A stretch of DNA of 64,000 nucleotides, the filler included, from a bacterium (GTDB lineage: Bacteria > UBA9089 > CG2-30-40-21 > SBAY01): the NCBI GenBank assembly GCA_040757115.1. It is 9 parts of 9 records of this genome, joined end to end, with 100 filler letters (N's around TTAATTAATTAA, not from the genome) between each part and the next. Parts side by side here need not be neighbours in the genome. Positions count along the whole stretch, not along the records: positions 20,322 to 25,111 come from JBFLYA010000277.1; positions 25,212 to 29,995 come from JBFLYA010000278.1; positions 30,096 to 57,861 come from JBFLYA010000028.1; 6 more parts are not named here. One strand, written 5' to 3'. The notes beneath the pieces are model-generated. The model searched no databases, was not told the origin of the DNA, and saw nothing but the letters and a program-made list of their open reading frames with translations. A program made the translations under genes and the position numbers. Positions 20,322 to 30,442 of this stretch are shown here, one piece after another (position 1 is the first letter of the stretch; the number at the start of each line of letters is the position of its first letter).

Positions 20322-21144
20322 AGCGTGCAAGCAATCTCTCCAACAATTTCACTGTGCCAAATACAATCGTTTTCACCACTTTGACCACACGACCTTTCTC
20401 CCGCTTTTTGCTCACTGTAGCATAACACAAATCCTCTGGCATTTTTTTTCTCAGACTTTGAGGAATCTCCCAAATCACAATCTTCGGATGGCTCTATTTC
20501 ATAACTATAACTTTGTTCAATGGCGCAAGTGTATGCTGAATAATCATCACTGGTAATTAACAAATCTGTTCGTCCACCTGTCCGCTTTTTGACATCTTCA
20601 ACCACCTGACACCAGTTTTCTTTTGTCCGCTTCCCACACACCAAACTTAACAAAAGACGATGTTCAGGGTCTACGGCAGTATGGTCCCACTCATCACCTC
20701 CAAAACTCTTCCAGAGCATCTTCCTCATTACAATTAGATTCCTTTTTTGATACAAATCCCCACTTCTCATCAAGTTGTATTTCTTTAGTCTGAGGGGGAA
20801 AAAACCACTAATTCATCATGCACCTTCTTAGCCTGATCTCCAGCTAATCGTGCATATCGAGTTACTGTGTTTTTGTCCACTCCTACCAACCGGCTGGTGG
20901 CACGCGTCCCACAACCCTCCTGAATATGTTTCATCACCGATATTACCACTTCTGCTGGCAATCGTGCATAATTCAACATTGTTCCTTTTCGCTCCGAAAA
21001 ATGAGCACCGCAGCTCTGACAATAAATCAGCCGAATCCGTTTCCCTTTTCCACTCCATCCACGGAAAGAAAGATTTCCTTTACCGCGAATATTGTAATTC
21101 GGACAAGAAGGATTCTGACAACAAAAATGTTCTATTGGATGCAT
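20322..21144 (-). pseudogene. IS1-family transposase (InsA Zn-finger/HTH plus InsB DDE), frameshifted and truncated
   Basis: CQNPSC...CQSC..FSERKGT, HTH GTRATSRLVGV; slippery TTTTTTCCCCC; EIQLDEKWGFV and LLITSDD in shifted frames. Confidence 0.82.
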
Positions 21145-21331
21145 CGTTTTCTCTCCTTTGTAAAATTTCGGTACCCCAAAACCTCGCTTCTGACAGACCC
21201 AGAAGTTAGTCTTGAATACTTACCTTATTATAATTATCGACACGATGCATCCTCAACTTTAGCTTCTTTCAGACACCACCAAAAAAAGCAATTTCCTATC
21301 AGTCATAAAATCAGTTTCTATAAAGAATGAC

Positions 21332-22396
21332 CTAAGTTAATAGGTGATCTAACAATGATAATTCTTTCTGCAATACCCAAAAATTATAGAGCTTCTCGTA
21401 TATGGGAAATTTCCAAAATCTAGTGATGGTAACTAAATGGGTAATAGTGTGACGAATCAAAAGAAATCTAAAAATCAATAATCTTTCCACACTCGCTTCC
21501 TCAAAACCCTCCAGGAGCGCTTTTTGCAAAGAAATAAGATATTTTTTCCGAAAGTAGGGCTTAAATGTCATCAGATAAAATTGGTGGTATAAACGCGTTA
21601 TATCTAAATAAGAAGAATCTATCTGGGACTCCCCAAAATCAAAAACAGCAACCTGTTGACCATTTACAATGATGTTACTTGGATTAAAATCGGAATGACA
21701 AATACTCACCCGGAGTTCTTTTTCGCTTAAATCATTTCTATGTTTTTCAAAAAAACTTAATATCTGTTCTTTATAACGAGCTGGAAACCAGTTAGCTCGT
21801 TCTTCAGTTAATATCCTCAGCCGAACATTACAATATTGAATAAATTCGTCAACCGAGAATCTTCGGTCATTTAGGGATGATAATGATTGAAAATATCGTA
21901 ACCATGCACCCACATTCCGAACCTGAACTATTAAGTTGTCATATTTTATTGAAGAGGTAAACAAACAAGTTCCTTGTCTTATCAAATACCCTAACCCTTC
22001 GCCGGAAATTTCTTCTGTAATGATTAAATATCTTTCAGGGATTACTAATAAAGGTTTCGGAACAAAAAATTGATTTGAGTCAATAAATCGTTCATACCAA
22101 TAGTTTAAGTTTTGATATTCCTCGAGCACCCATTGATTTATATCATTAATCATGGGAATGCTGTCCTCTTTATAAATTTTGATAAAAATATTTTTGTTCC
22201 CTTCCGAACCCTTAGCTTCACATTTTATAACATGAGAAAACCATCCCTCAATGTAGTGACGGACATGAAGAGTTTCTATTTTACCTATTCCTAATTCTAC
22301 GGACAGCTTTTTGATGTAATCCTTCTCTATGCCGAGATCTGAAGGATCTAAGTTCATATTATGTATCTTAGATAAGTTTTTTATTTTCATCGTCAT
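21332..22396 (-). CDS. Aminoglycoside/choline phosphotransferase-like kinase (polysaccharide-locus type)
   Basis: IFIK, CHSDFNPSNII, VFDFG; ATGA overlap with upstream gene. Confidence 0.8.
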   Translation of the reverse strand: MTMKIKNLSKIHNMNLDPSDLGIEKDYIKKLSVELGIGKIETLHVRHYIEGWFSHVIKCEAKGSEGNKNIFIKIYKEDSIPMINDINQWVLEEYQNLNYWYERFIDSNQFFVPKPLLVIPERYLIITEEISGEGLGYLIRQGTCLFTSSIKYDNLIVQVRNVGAWLRYFQSLSSLNDRRFSVDEFIQYCNVRLRILTEERANWFPARYKEQILSFFEKHRNDLSEKELRVSICHSDFNPSNIIVNGQQVAVFDFGESQIDSSYLDITRLYHQFYLMTFKPYFRKKYLISLQKALLEGFEEASVERLLIFRFLLIRHTITHLVTITRFWKFPIYEKLYNFWVLQKELSLLDHLLT

Positions 22397-22749
22397 TTTT
22401 TGAAACCACAAAGAGTTGCCTCCAAAACCGGAAGGGACATTTTCTGACATACATTTATTCTTCGCAAACCATAAGGATTAGTATGATTGTCATTAAACAA
22501 TGGGATTTGGGAAAAAGATAGATGATAACCTAATTCTCTTAGTTGGTCCTGATGAAATTCTCTGAAATCGGGCATTTCCCCATTCGGATAACTAAAGGCA
22601 ATGCACGCCATTCCGGTTTCTTTTTCAATCATCTCCTTTGAAACCCTTAATTCACAGTAACTCTTGTTAGGCTCTAAGGTTGTCAATATCGCATGGGAGT
22701 GGGAATGATATCCGACCGTATGACCATTGTCAACCAGAGTTTTCACATT
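22393..22749 (-). pseudogene. C-terminal fragment of polysaccharide deacetylase (NodB)
   Basis: GHTVGYHSHSHAIL, FSYPNG, YGLRRI; N-terminal half replaced by IS630 sequence. Confidence 0.85.
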
Positions 22750-23171
22750 AGATGGCACCATACCTACTTTGCGACACTTTAATTCTGCACGCTTAAGAAA
22801 TACCCCTATTCGCACTTCACTCCGCTTTATCCCCGTCCGTTTATTTAGGACTTCCATCGCCTCTTTAATCGTCGCTGGTGGGTGTTCTCTAAAATATGCT
22901 TCTATCGTTGATATATGCTGGTCTAATAAACTTTCTGGTCTGTCCAAGTTAATCTCTTTTAATTTTTCAAGCCCCCTTCTTTGTATAGTTTAATATATTC
23001 GGCGACCACATTTACCGATACACCTGTTAATTGGGCTATCTTTTTATGCGGCACACCTTGACTCTTTAACCATAAGGCTTCCATCTTGCGTTGCACCCTC
23101 GGATGTGGATGATGATATCGTTCATAATTCAAGGCTTTTATCTCATCTTCCGTCCACTCTATGTTTATCAT
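22750..23171 (-). pseudogene. IS630-family transposase N-terminal fragment (HTH), frameshifted
   Basis: ERYHHPHPRVQRKMEALWLKSQG, YFREHPPATIKEA...TGIKRS; no DDE part. Confidence 0.85.
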
Positions 23172-23381
23172 AATGTTCCCTCCCTTTTTGATAGATAAGT
23201 TTAGTCTACGGAGTTCTATTTTACTACCTTTTAATTCTGATGTCAACATTTTTTAACAGGAATTCCCCAAGTTAATTTACAAAGAGGGATAGTGAGTTAT
23301 GTTGACTTCTGATGGCAATATCTCCCCCTTTCCCCCAACAAATTTATTTAGGAGAGTTATTAAAATTTATTATTTATTTTT

Positions 23382-24944
23382 GTAACCGTTCAGGTATAGC
23401 TAATAAAGATATTATGTTTCCCCCCTTGCTTACCTATATCAAATTAAGGCTAAAGAAAAGCCTAAAAAGAGCCGATATAGATATTGAGGGAGGGGACTCA
23501 ATGGAACAAAGCAATCAGAAATTAGAAATAACTCCTCAATATTTAGAATCTCTATCAAAGAGCCAATTAATAGAATTAGTGTTGTTTCTTGTCCAACGGA
23601 TTCAGGTTCTTGAGGAAAAGATTGTCTTACTCAATAAGAACTCTTCCACCTCTTCAAAACCACCCTCTTCTGACATTGTCAAACCCCAAAAGGCAGATAA
23701 GACAGAAGTCCCAAGAAAGATAGGGGGACAGAAAGGACATACCGGAACTACTCATCAACCCGTAAGCGTTCAGGCAGTCAATCAGATAGAAGAGTATGAT
23801 ATCAAGGTATGTTCTGTATGCAATCAAGATGTCCTCCCAGAGAGGGTTGGCAATCCAATTATTCATCAGGTAGTAGAAATACCTGCAAAGCTCATTACTA
23901 TAACTGAACATCGCAGCTATGGTCATTTATGTCCAAACTGTCATAAGGTCGTCTATGCTCCTTTCCCTGAGCAAATCATACCACACCAACTGTGTGGTCC
24001 AAGGCTTCAGGCACTTATAGCTTATATGAAAGGGAACCTACATGCTTCTTATACCAACTTATCACTTTTTATCAATGATATTCTTGGCCTTGAAATTAGC
24101 CGTAGTACCGTTTGTAATATTATTTCCCAGGTTAACAAAGCCTTATTTAAGCCATACGAAGAGGTCAAAGAATATATTTCTAACTAACCACACCTACATA
24201 TTGATGAGACAGGTTGGAAAGATAATGGATTAGCCCATTGGGTCTGGGTGTTCTGCACTAACTTAATTAGCTTCTTCTATATTAGTAAATCTCGAGCAAG
24301 TAAGGTATTAGAAGAAGTTCTTGGTCAAACATATAAAGGAACCATTATTAGCGACTTCTTTTCTGCTTACATTAAATACGCCAGTGAATTCCAGCAATTT
24401 TGCTTAGCCCATTTAATTCGTGATATTAAGTTTCTAACTACCTTGCCTGATAAAACAACCCAACTTTTGGGACAGGGACTACTTCTCTGTTTCAGACATA
24501 TCTTTCAAATCTGGCATCGTAAACATGAGATACCTAAAGAAGAATATTAGGAGCAAATAAAGAATATTCAGAATAATCTTCGGCTTCTTCTGGAGCAAAA
24601 TAGCAACCTTTCTCCAAAGGGCATAACTATGTCCAAACGACTATGTAGACATTGGGATTCTATATTCCGTTTCCTCTTTGATTCAACTATATCCCCGACA
24701 AACAATATAGCTGAACAAACTATCCGTGCCCTGGTTATTGACTGTAAGATTACCCAAGGCAGCCGCAGCGAAATGGGTAAACAGTGGAATGCCCGAATCT
24801 GGACAGCCATTTCAACCTGTCGAAAACAAAATCGACCGATCTGGTCTTTTTTGCAACAAGCAATTAATGCTTTCTACTTTAACTTATCTACCCCTTCTTT
24901 GTTGCCTAAGTCTGTATAACCTGCCTACCTACCTGAACGGTTAC
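23382..24944 (+). mobile_element. IS66-family insertion sequence (single-ORF ISBst12-like), full length
   Basis: TIRs GTAACCGTTCAGGTA / TACCTGAACGGTTAC enclosing the transposase. Confidence 0.9.
23501..24919 (+). pseudogene. IS66 transposase with two in-frame nonsense codons (24185 TAA, 24548 TAG)
   Basis: NSSTSSKPPSSD, GGQKGHTG, HIDETGW, ISDFFSAY, QFCLAHLIRD, PTNNIAEQTIR, all in one frame. Confidence 0.92.
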
Positions 24945-25378
24945 AAAAACTTTATATTGTTATATCTACTTAGAGAACGATATACTAGTACTGTGTTAAG
25001 TAAATTTTTTCACAGTTTTTTCTAAAGTTTTGCTGATAAAATGACGATAATTCCACGTGGGCATAGAAATTTTAAGGAGGAAAGAATTATGCAAAAAAGA
25101 TATCCACGTGGNNNNNNNNNNNNNNNNNNNNNNNNNNNNNNNNNNNNNNNNNNNNTTAATTAATTAANNNNNNNNNNNNNNNNNNNNNNNNNNNNNNNNN
25201 NNNNNNNNNNNTATTTAAAAAATTCACTTGTATCCGAACATACTATTTTTGTGCCTTTTTAGGGATATAAGTCAAGAAAAATATTTTTAAAAAAACTTAA
25301 TTTTTTACTTGACATTTCACCATAAGACTTTGTGTCCACCATTATGGACAGGCGGGTTTCTCCTTTTTACCTTTCCTG

Positions 25379-26254
25379 TCACTTATAAATTTCTGTTCCT
25401 TCTCTTTGAGTCAATTTATGGAATATTTCTGTAATCTTTAAAGTAGTGATACCTGGTTTGCCCGTTCCAATGATGCGGTTATCAATTCTCACCACTGGAA
25501 TTACCTCAGCGGCTGTGCCAGTCAAAAAACATTCATCTGCGGTATAAAGGTCAAACCGAGTTAAGACATTTTCAACCACCTTTAGTCCCATCTCTTCACC
25601 TATTTTCATCACCGTATCTCGTGTAATCCCCTCCAGGACACCTACCCATAAAGGCGGTGTAGTCAGGGTATGATTCTTGATAATAAAGATATTATCTCCA
25701 CTACATTCAGTAACATATCCTTCGGTGTTTAACATCACTGCCTCTAAGACACCGGCATTACTCGCTTCAATCCGTGCTAAAATACTGTTAAGATAGTTTA
25801 ATGTTTTCGCACAGGGACTTAAAGCTTCTTGAATATTTTTCCGAGTAGGCACGGTAACTATTTCCAATCCATTTTCATAACATTCCTTTGGATATAAACT
25901 TATCTTATCCACAATAATGATAACAGAAGGTTTTGGGCATTTTTTCGGGTCTAACCCTAAATCTCCTGCTCCTCTTGTGACCAGTAATCTAATATAGGCA
26001 TCCTGTAATTCATTGGCTTTTATTGTTTCAATAACGGCTTTAGTTAATTCTTCCTTTGTTAAAGGTATAGTGAGCATAATATATTTTGCTGATTTATACA
26101 GTCTTTCTAAATGCTCATTTAATTTGAATACCCGGCCATTGTATACCCTGATTCCTTCAAATACCCCATCACCATAAAGTAAGCCATGGTCAAAAACAGA
26201 AATCTTTGCCTCTTCCTTTTTAAAAAGTTCTCCATCGATATACACTAATCCCAT
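25379..26254 (-). CDS. ilvE: Branched-chain amino acid aminotransferase
   Basis: DHGLLYGDGVFEGIR, AKTLNY, ECSGDNIF, LEGITR, FLTGTAAE. Confidence 0.96.
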   Translation of the reverse strand: MGLVYIDGELFKKEEAKISVFDHGLLYGDGVFEGIRVYNGRVFKLNEHLERLYKSAKYIMLTIPLTKEELTKAVIETIKANELQDAYIRLLVTRGAGDLGLDPKKCPKPSVIIIVDKISLYPKECYENGLEIVTVPTRKNIQEALSPCAKTLNYLNSILARIEASNAGVLEAVMLNTEGYVTECSGDNIFIIKNHTLTTPPLWVGVLEGITRDTVMKIGEEMGLKVVENVLTRFDLYTADECFLTGTAAEVIPVVRIDNRIIGTGKPGITTLKITEIFHKLTQREGTEIYK

Positions 26255-26367
26255 TGTTTTTTAAACCTCCTCTTCTAAAATTGAATGTCTCTTAAAAATT
26301 AATAAGGGATGTATGACGACCGTTTGTTAGAACAAGAAATGGATTGTCCTTCATCCCTTAGTTATCT

Positions 26368-26543
26368 CTTATCTTTACCCATAAGTTTTACTGGACAATG
26401 TTACATTCATTCACCATTCGCCATTCGCAATTCACCATTCACCATTTCTTCCCTAAATTTCCTTACTAATGGAGAATGGTGAATTGTCAATTGTGAATTA
26501 TTACTTTTCACGGTGTCCAGTAAAAATTGTGGGACAGGATTAG
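26368..26543. mobile_element. MITE-like element with ~30-bp imperfect TIRs enclosing inverted heptamer repeats
   Basis: CCCATAAGTTTTACTGGACA / TGTCCAGTAAAAATTGTGGG; internal (TTCACCA)n ... TGGTGAA. Confidence 0.6.
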
Positions 26544-26551
26544 CAATTATC

Positions 26552-26644
26552 TGGCGGAGAGGCTGGGATTTGAACCCAGGGTGCAGTTATACACCGCACA
26601 ACTGCTTAGCAGGCAGCCCCGATCGACCACTCTGGCACCTCTCC
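26552..26644 (-). tRNA. tRNA-Ser(GCT)
   Basis: Reverse complement GGAGAGG...GCTGC-CTGCTAA-GCAGT, long variable arm, TTCAAAT T-loop, GCCA end. Confidence 0.96.
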
Positions 26645-26764
26645 ACTTAGTGAATTAGTGATTAGCGAATTAGAGAATTAAAATATTCCAGTTCTCTAAT
26701 TTGCTAATTCGCACTTTCCTCCTGTCTACTGATTACTGTCAACTATCTACTGACTACTATTTGC

Positions 26765-26854
26765 TGGCGGCGGGAGTAGGATTCGAACCCACGGACGAGT
26801 TACCCCGTCAACGGTTTTCAAGACCGCCGCAATCGTCCACTCTGCCATCCCGCC
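26765..26854 (-). tRNA. tRNA-Ser(TGA)
   Basis: Reverse complement GGCGGGA...GCGGT-CTTGAAA-ACCGT, long variable arm, TTCGAAT, GCCA end. Confidence 0.96.
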
Positions 26855-27104
26855 TATGGCTAACTATTTCAATAATAGAACGCAGATTATCAGGATAATA
26901 AACATTAAAATAAACCATAAAGACATCACGACACCAAGATTAAAGAATCATTTGGTATTTTAATCCTCATTTGGATATCTCATAGCAAAAACATATTTCA
27001 TATATTTTCTTTATCTCTTAGTGCCTTTGTGCCTTGGTGGCTAATAATAGTTAGTATTTAAAATCTTGAAAATCGGCGTTCATCTGCGTCCAACAAATGA
27101 TTAT

Positions 27105-28094
27105 CTAAAACTTCACCGTGCAAGAAAGGAAATGCGTTCCTGCTCCACCACCTTGTAATAAGGCATAATCAATATCATATTTTAATTCCGGGAAAAACTT
27201 CTTTAATTCCCCTCTAACCCCAAATCCTATAGTATGATAATATTTATTCAAAAGCCCTGCCCGTATCGCCAGTTTATCCTCATACCATTTCTCAAAGCCT
27301 ACGCGTACCCCACTTTGCCCCATATCTATCTTTGTATCATATACATTATCTAGTGTCCAATCGTAAATATCTATCGCAAAAATAGTTTTATCATCTGGTC
27401 TATAGGCAAACCCTGGTTTAATAATTTTTTTCCAGGAAAAATCGTAAATTGGCGAATCTTCCCCATAATGGATAACCGGTTCATCTAAATTTTGCACGAT
27501 AAGCCCAAGTGAGAATTCCTTATTTACATGATACAAAATACCAACATCATACTCGATAACATCTGTTGTATGTCCTGTTGGTGGACAATCAGACCATTTG
27601 AAATCATCCGCAGATGTTCCGACCAAAAGCGATGAAGTTCTTTTTCGGATGTTAACACCCATTGCGACATTTTGAAATTGTCCCGTTCCATAACCTCCAA
27701 AGGCTAAACCAACCCATTCATCATCAATCGCATAATGAGTCAGGTCATCAGTTTCCTTTTCGTACCATTTGAATCCTGCTTTAAACTGCACATAATTCAC
27801 TCCTATTCCTCCATAATCACCCAATTTAGTTCCTGCCGCTAACCACTCGTGATAAGTAGTTATCTCTCGGTTATTCATTGTGCGCATAATTGTTAGTTCT
27901 GACTTTTTTATATTCCCCAATCCGGCAGGATTCCAGAAGCAACTATCAATTCCTTCGGCTACCGCGACAAAAGTTCCTCCCATACCTAATGCCCTTGCCC
28001 CGACGCCTTCACCAAAGTAGCTAAAGCCAGTTTTTTGATTAAGTAATACTAACCCCATTCCTATTACCAAGATAGTTAATTTTTTCATAATCAT
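27105..28094 (-). CDS. PorV/PorQ (UPF0164)-like outer-membrane beta-barrel protein
   Basis: Signal peptide, GARALGMGGTFVAVA...FWNPAGL, C-terminal Phe. Confidence 0.82.
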   Translation of the reverse strand: MIMKKLTILVIGMGLVLLNQKTGFSYFGEGVGARALGMGGTFVAVAEGIDSCFWNPAGLGNIKKSELTIMRTMNNREITTYHEWLAAGTKLGDYGGIGVNYVQFKAGFKWYEKETDDLTHYAIDDEWVGLAFGGYGTGQFQNVAMGVNIRKRTSSLLVGTSADDFKWSDCPPTGHTTDVIEYDVGILYHVNKEFSLGLIVQNLDEPVIHYGEDSPIYDFSWKKIIKPGFAYRPDDKTIFAIDIYDWTLDNVYDTKIDMGQSGVRVGFEKWYEDKLAIRAGLLNKYYHTIGFGVRGELKKFFPELKYDIDYALLQGGGAGTHFLSCTVKF

Positions 28095-28211
28095 ATCCTT
28101 TCATCCAAAAATGAAGTTAAAAGTTTAAAAAAGTATATTCCTTTCCCGAATTCCAAATTCCTAACCTCGAATTTTCATTCTTCTTTTTAAATGCTATCTG
28201 AGTACTTACAG

Positions 28212-28929
28212 TTATCTTAGCCATTTTATAAGTCCTGCAACGGTAACAAGTTGTCCAATCCAGAAAAGAAACATCCATTTGATAATCTCTGTTTTAAATT
28301 GAGCTATCTGTGTTTGTATTTTTGCCACCTCTTCAGTAATCCGCCTATCAAGTTTAGCAGTCTCTTCAGTAATCCGTCTATCAAGTTTAGCAGTCTCTTC
28401 AGTAATCCGATTATCAAGTTTAGTCACCTCTTCAGTAATCCGTCTATCAAGTTTAGCAGTCTCTTCAGTAATCCGATTATCAAGTTTAGCAACCTCTTCA
28501 GTAATCCGTCTATCAAGTTTAGCAGTCTCTTCAGTAATCCGATTATCAAGTTTAGCAGTCTCTTCAGTAATCCGNNNNNNNNNNNNNNNNNNNNNNNNNN
28601 NNNNNNNNNNNNNNNNNNNNNNNNNNNNNNNNNNNNNNNNNNNNNNNNNNNNNNNNNNNNNNNNNNNNNNNNNNCTCTTCAGTAATCCGTCTATCAAGTT
28701 TAGCAGTCTCTTCAGTAATCCGATTATCAAGTTTAGCAGTCTCTTCAGTAATCCGATTATCAAGTTTTGAATTTTCCTCAGAAAGTCTTCTTTCAAATTT
28801 TTCTTCGGCTATGACAATAGAATCTTTCTTTACATTATCCTCAACCTTATTAATAATAGTAATGAACTCATCAACTCCCTGGTCAGTAAGTTTTTCTCTT
28901 AAAATCTTTGGGACAGCTAAAACAACCAT
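28212..28929 (-). CDS. DUF1640/CCDC90-like coiled-coil protein with 11-aa repeats and C-terminal TM (spans a 100-N scaffold gap)
   Basis: VPKILREKL...KFERRLSEE, (RITEETAKLDR/N)n, KTEIIKWMFLFWIGQ. Confidence 0.85.
28320..28770. repeat. 33-bp coding tandem repeat
   Basis: CTCTTCAGTAATCCG...TATCAAGTTTAGCAGT unit repeated on both sides of the gap. Confidence 0.95.
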
Positions 28930-28987
28930 TTTAAAATTCCTCCTTATATAAATTTTTCGTAATAGTTCAAAATCATTAAAGCAACGA

Positions 28988-29983
28988 TTAAAACTTAGTT
29001 GTTAAAGATAAAAGATGCGTTCCCGCACCATTACTTTCTAAAAGTGCATAATCAAGTTGAAATTCTAAAGTAGAGGGTTGTTCTTTGGTTCCGGAAATTT
29101 CTACTTTTGTAAACTGCGGACTCCCTCTTAAGCCAAAACCAATCGTATGGAAAGTCCTTCCATAAAGTCCGGCTCTAACTGCAAATCCATCAGTCAGCCA
29201 CCGTTCGAAACCTACCCTGACCCCACTTTGTCCCTCCATATCTTCATCATAGATATTGTCTAAAACAAAGTGATACCAATCAATAGAGAAGATAGTTTTA
29301 TCATCTGGTTTCCAGGCGGCGCCAGGTCTAAAATTACGGACACACTCATATTTTCTGTTTAATGGTGAATTTGAAAAGTCTATTTTAGGTTTATTTACAT
29401 CCTGAATCAAAATTCCGATGGTAAAGTGTTCATTGAGATTATGCAAAATCCCAATATCGTATCCCAGTGAGTCTGTTTCGTAGCCTTTGTTTCTAAAATC
29501 CGCTCCACCGCCCCAGGTTGATGCTCCTGTTCCATTACCGGTCATCAGGGAATAAGTAATCTTCCGAATGTTAACTCCAAAGGCAGTATTTTTCAATATT
29601 CCGGTGCCGTAACCACCAATAGAAAATACCTTCCACTTTTCGTCAAAAACATAGTTTCTGCCAGTGGTATTTTCTGTTTCATCTATCCAACTTATTTCAT
29701 GAATATAACTTCCCCCTATGCCCGCCGCATTGCCTGCTCTAACCGTCCCGGCATACCATTCCTGATAGCTAATCACATCTCGATTATTCATCGTTTTCAT
29801 CCCGGTAAGTTCTATCCTTTTAATATTGCTCATACCTGCTGGATTCCAGTAACAGGAATGAACATCATCCGCAACCGCCACAAACGCTCCACCCATCGAA
29901 AGTGGTCTTGCACCCAAACAGGCATAACTTATGCTTGTGAATAAAAAATTAACTCCTATCCCTAAAATAAGTATTTTTTTCAT
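28988..29983 (-). CDS. PorV/PorQ (UPF0164)-like beta-barrel protein, paralog of 27105-28094
   Basis: GARPLSMGGAFVAVADD..YWNPAG, shared GQSGVRVGFE and AGTH.LS.T.KF. Confidence 0.82.
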   Translation of the reverse strand: MKKILILGIGVNFLFTSISYACLGARPLSMGGAFVAVADDVHSCYWNPAGMSNIKRIELTGMKTMNNRDVISYQEWYAGTVRAGNAAGIGGSYIHEISWIDETENTTGRNYVFDEKWKVFSIGGYGTGILKNTAFGVNIRKITYSLMTGNGTGASTWGGGADFRNKGYETDSLGYDIGILHNLNEHFTIGILIQDVNKPKIDFSNSPLNRKYECVRNFRPGAAWKPDDKTIFSIDWYHFVLDNIYDEDMEGQSGVRVGFERWLTDGFAVRAGLYGRTFHTIGFGLRGSPQFTKVEISGTKEQPSTLEFQLDYALLESNGAGTHLLSLTTKF

Positions 29984-30327
29984 TCTTTACCCCCTNNNNN
30001 NNNNNNNNNNNNNNNNNNNNNNNNNNNNNNNNNNNNNNNTTAATTAATTAANNNNNNNNNNNNNNNNNNNNNNNNNNNNNNNNNNNNNNNNNNNNGCTAA
30101 AATAAAAATAAGGACTTTATGCCCCTAAAACTAAAAAACTTGAACATCGAGTAATAGAAATTTATGGAAATTTGTTGTTTTCCACAATCAATTTCTACCT
30201 ATTTCTATAAATTTCAATCTATATTCTATTATCTTATCTCCATATCACTCTTATCTCCTTATCCCCTTTCTTACACTTTTGATATATAGCCTGAACGGTT
30301 ACGAAAATATCTATAACTTTCTCAATA

Positions 30328-30442
30328 AACATATCGCTCCTACGGAGCTAATTTGATGTTGAGACGATAAATTTATAAACATCTCGCCCTTACAGGGCTG
30401 AATATATTTTATAAACTCCGTTAGGAGTGATATATTTGTAGA
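30328..30442. repeat. REP-like palindromic cluster
   Basis: AAACATATCGCTCCTACGGAGCT, AAACATCTCGCCCTTACAGGGCT and inverted AACTCCGTTAGGAGTGATATATTT. Confidence 0.65.

Noticed and set aside
28320-28770. 33-bp repeats as a CRISPR array
   Set aside because: No unique spacers; period is a multiple of 3 and encodes a coiled coil; no cas genes
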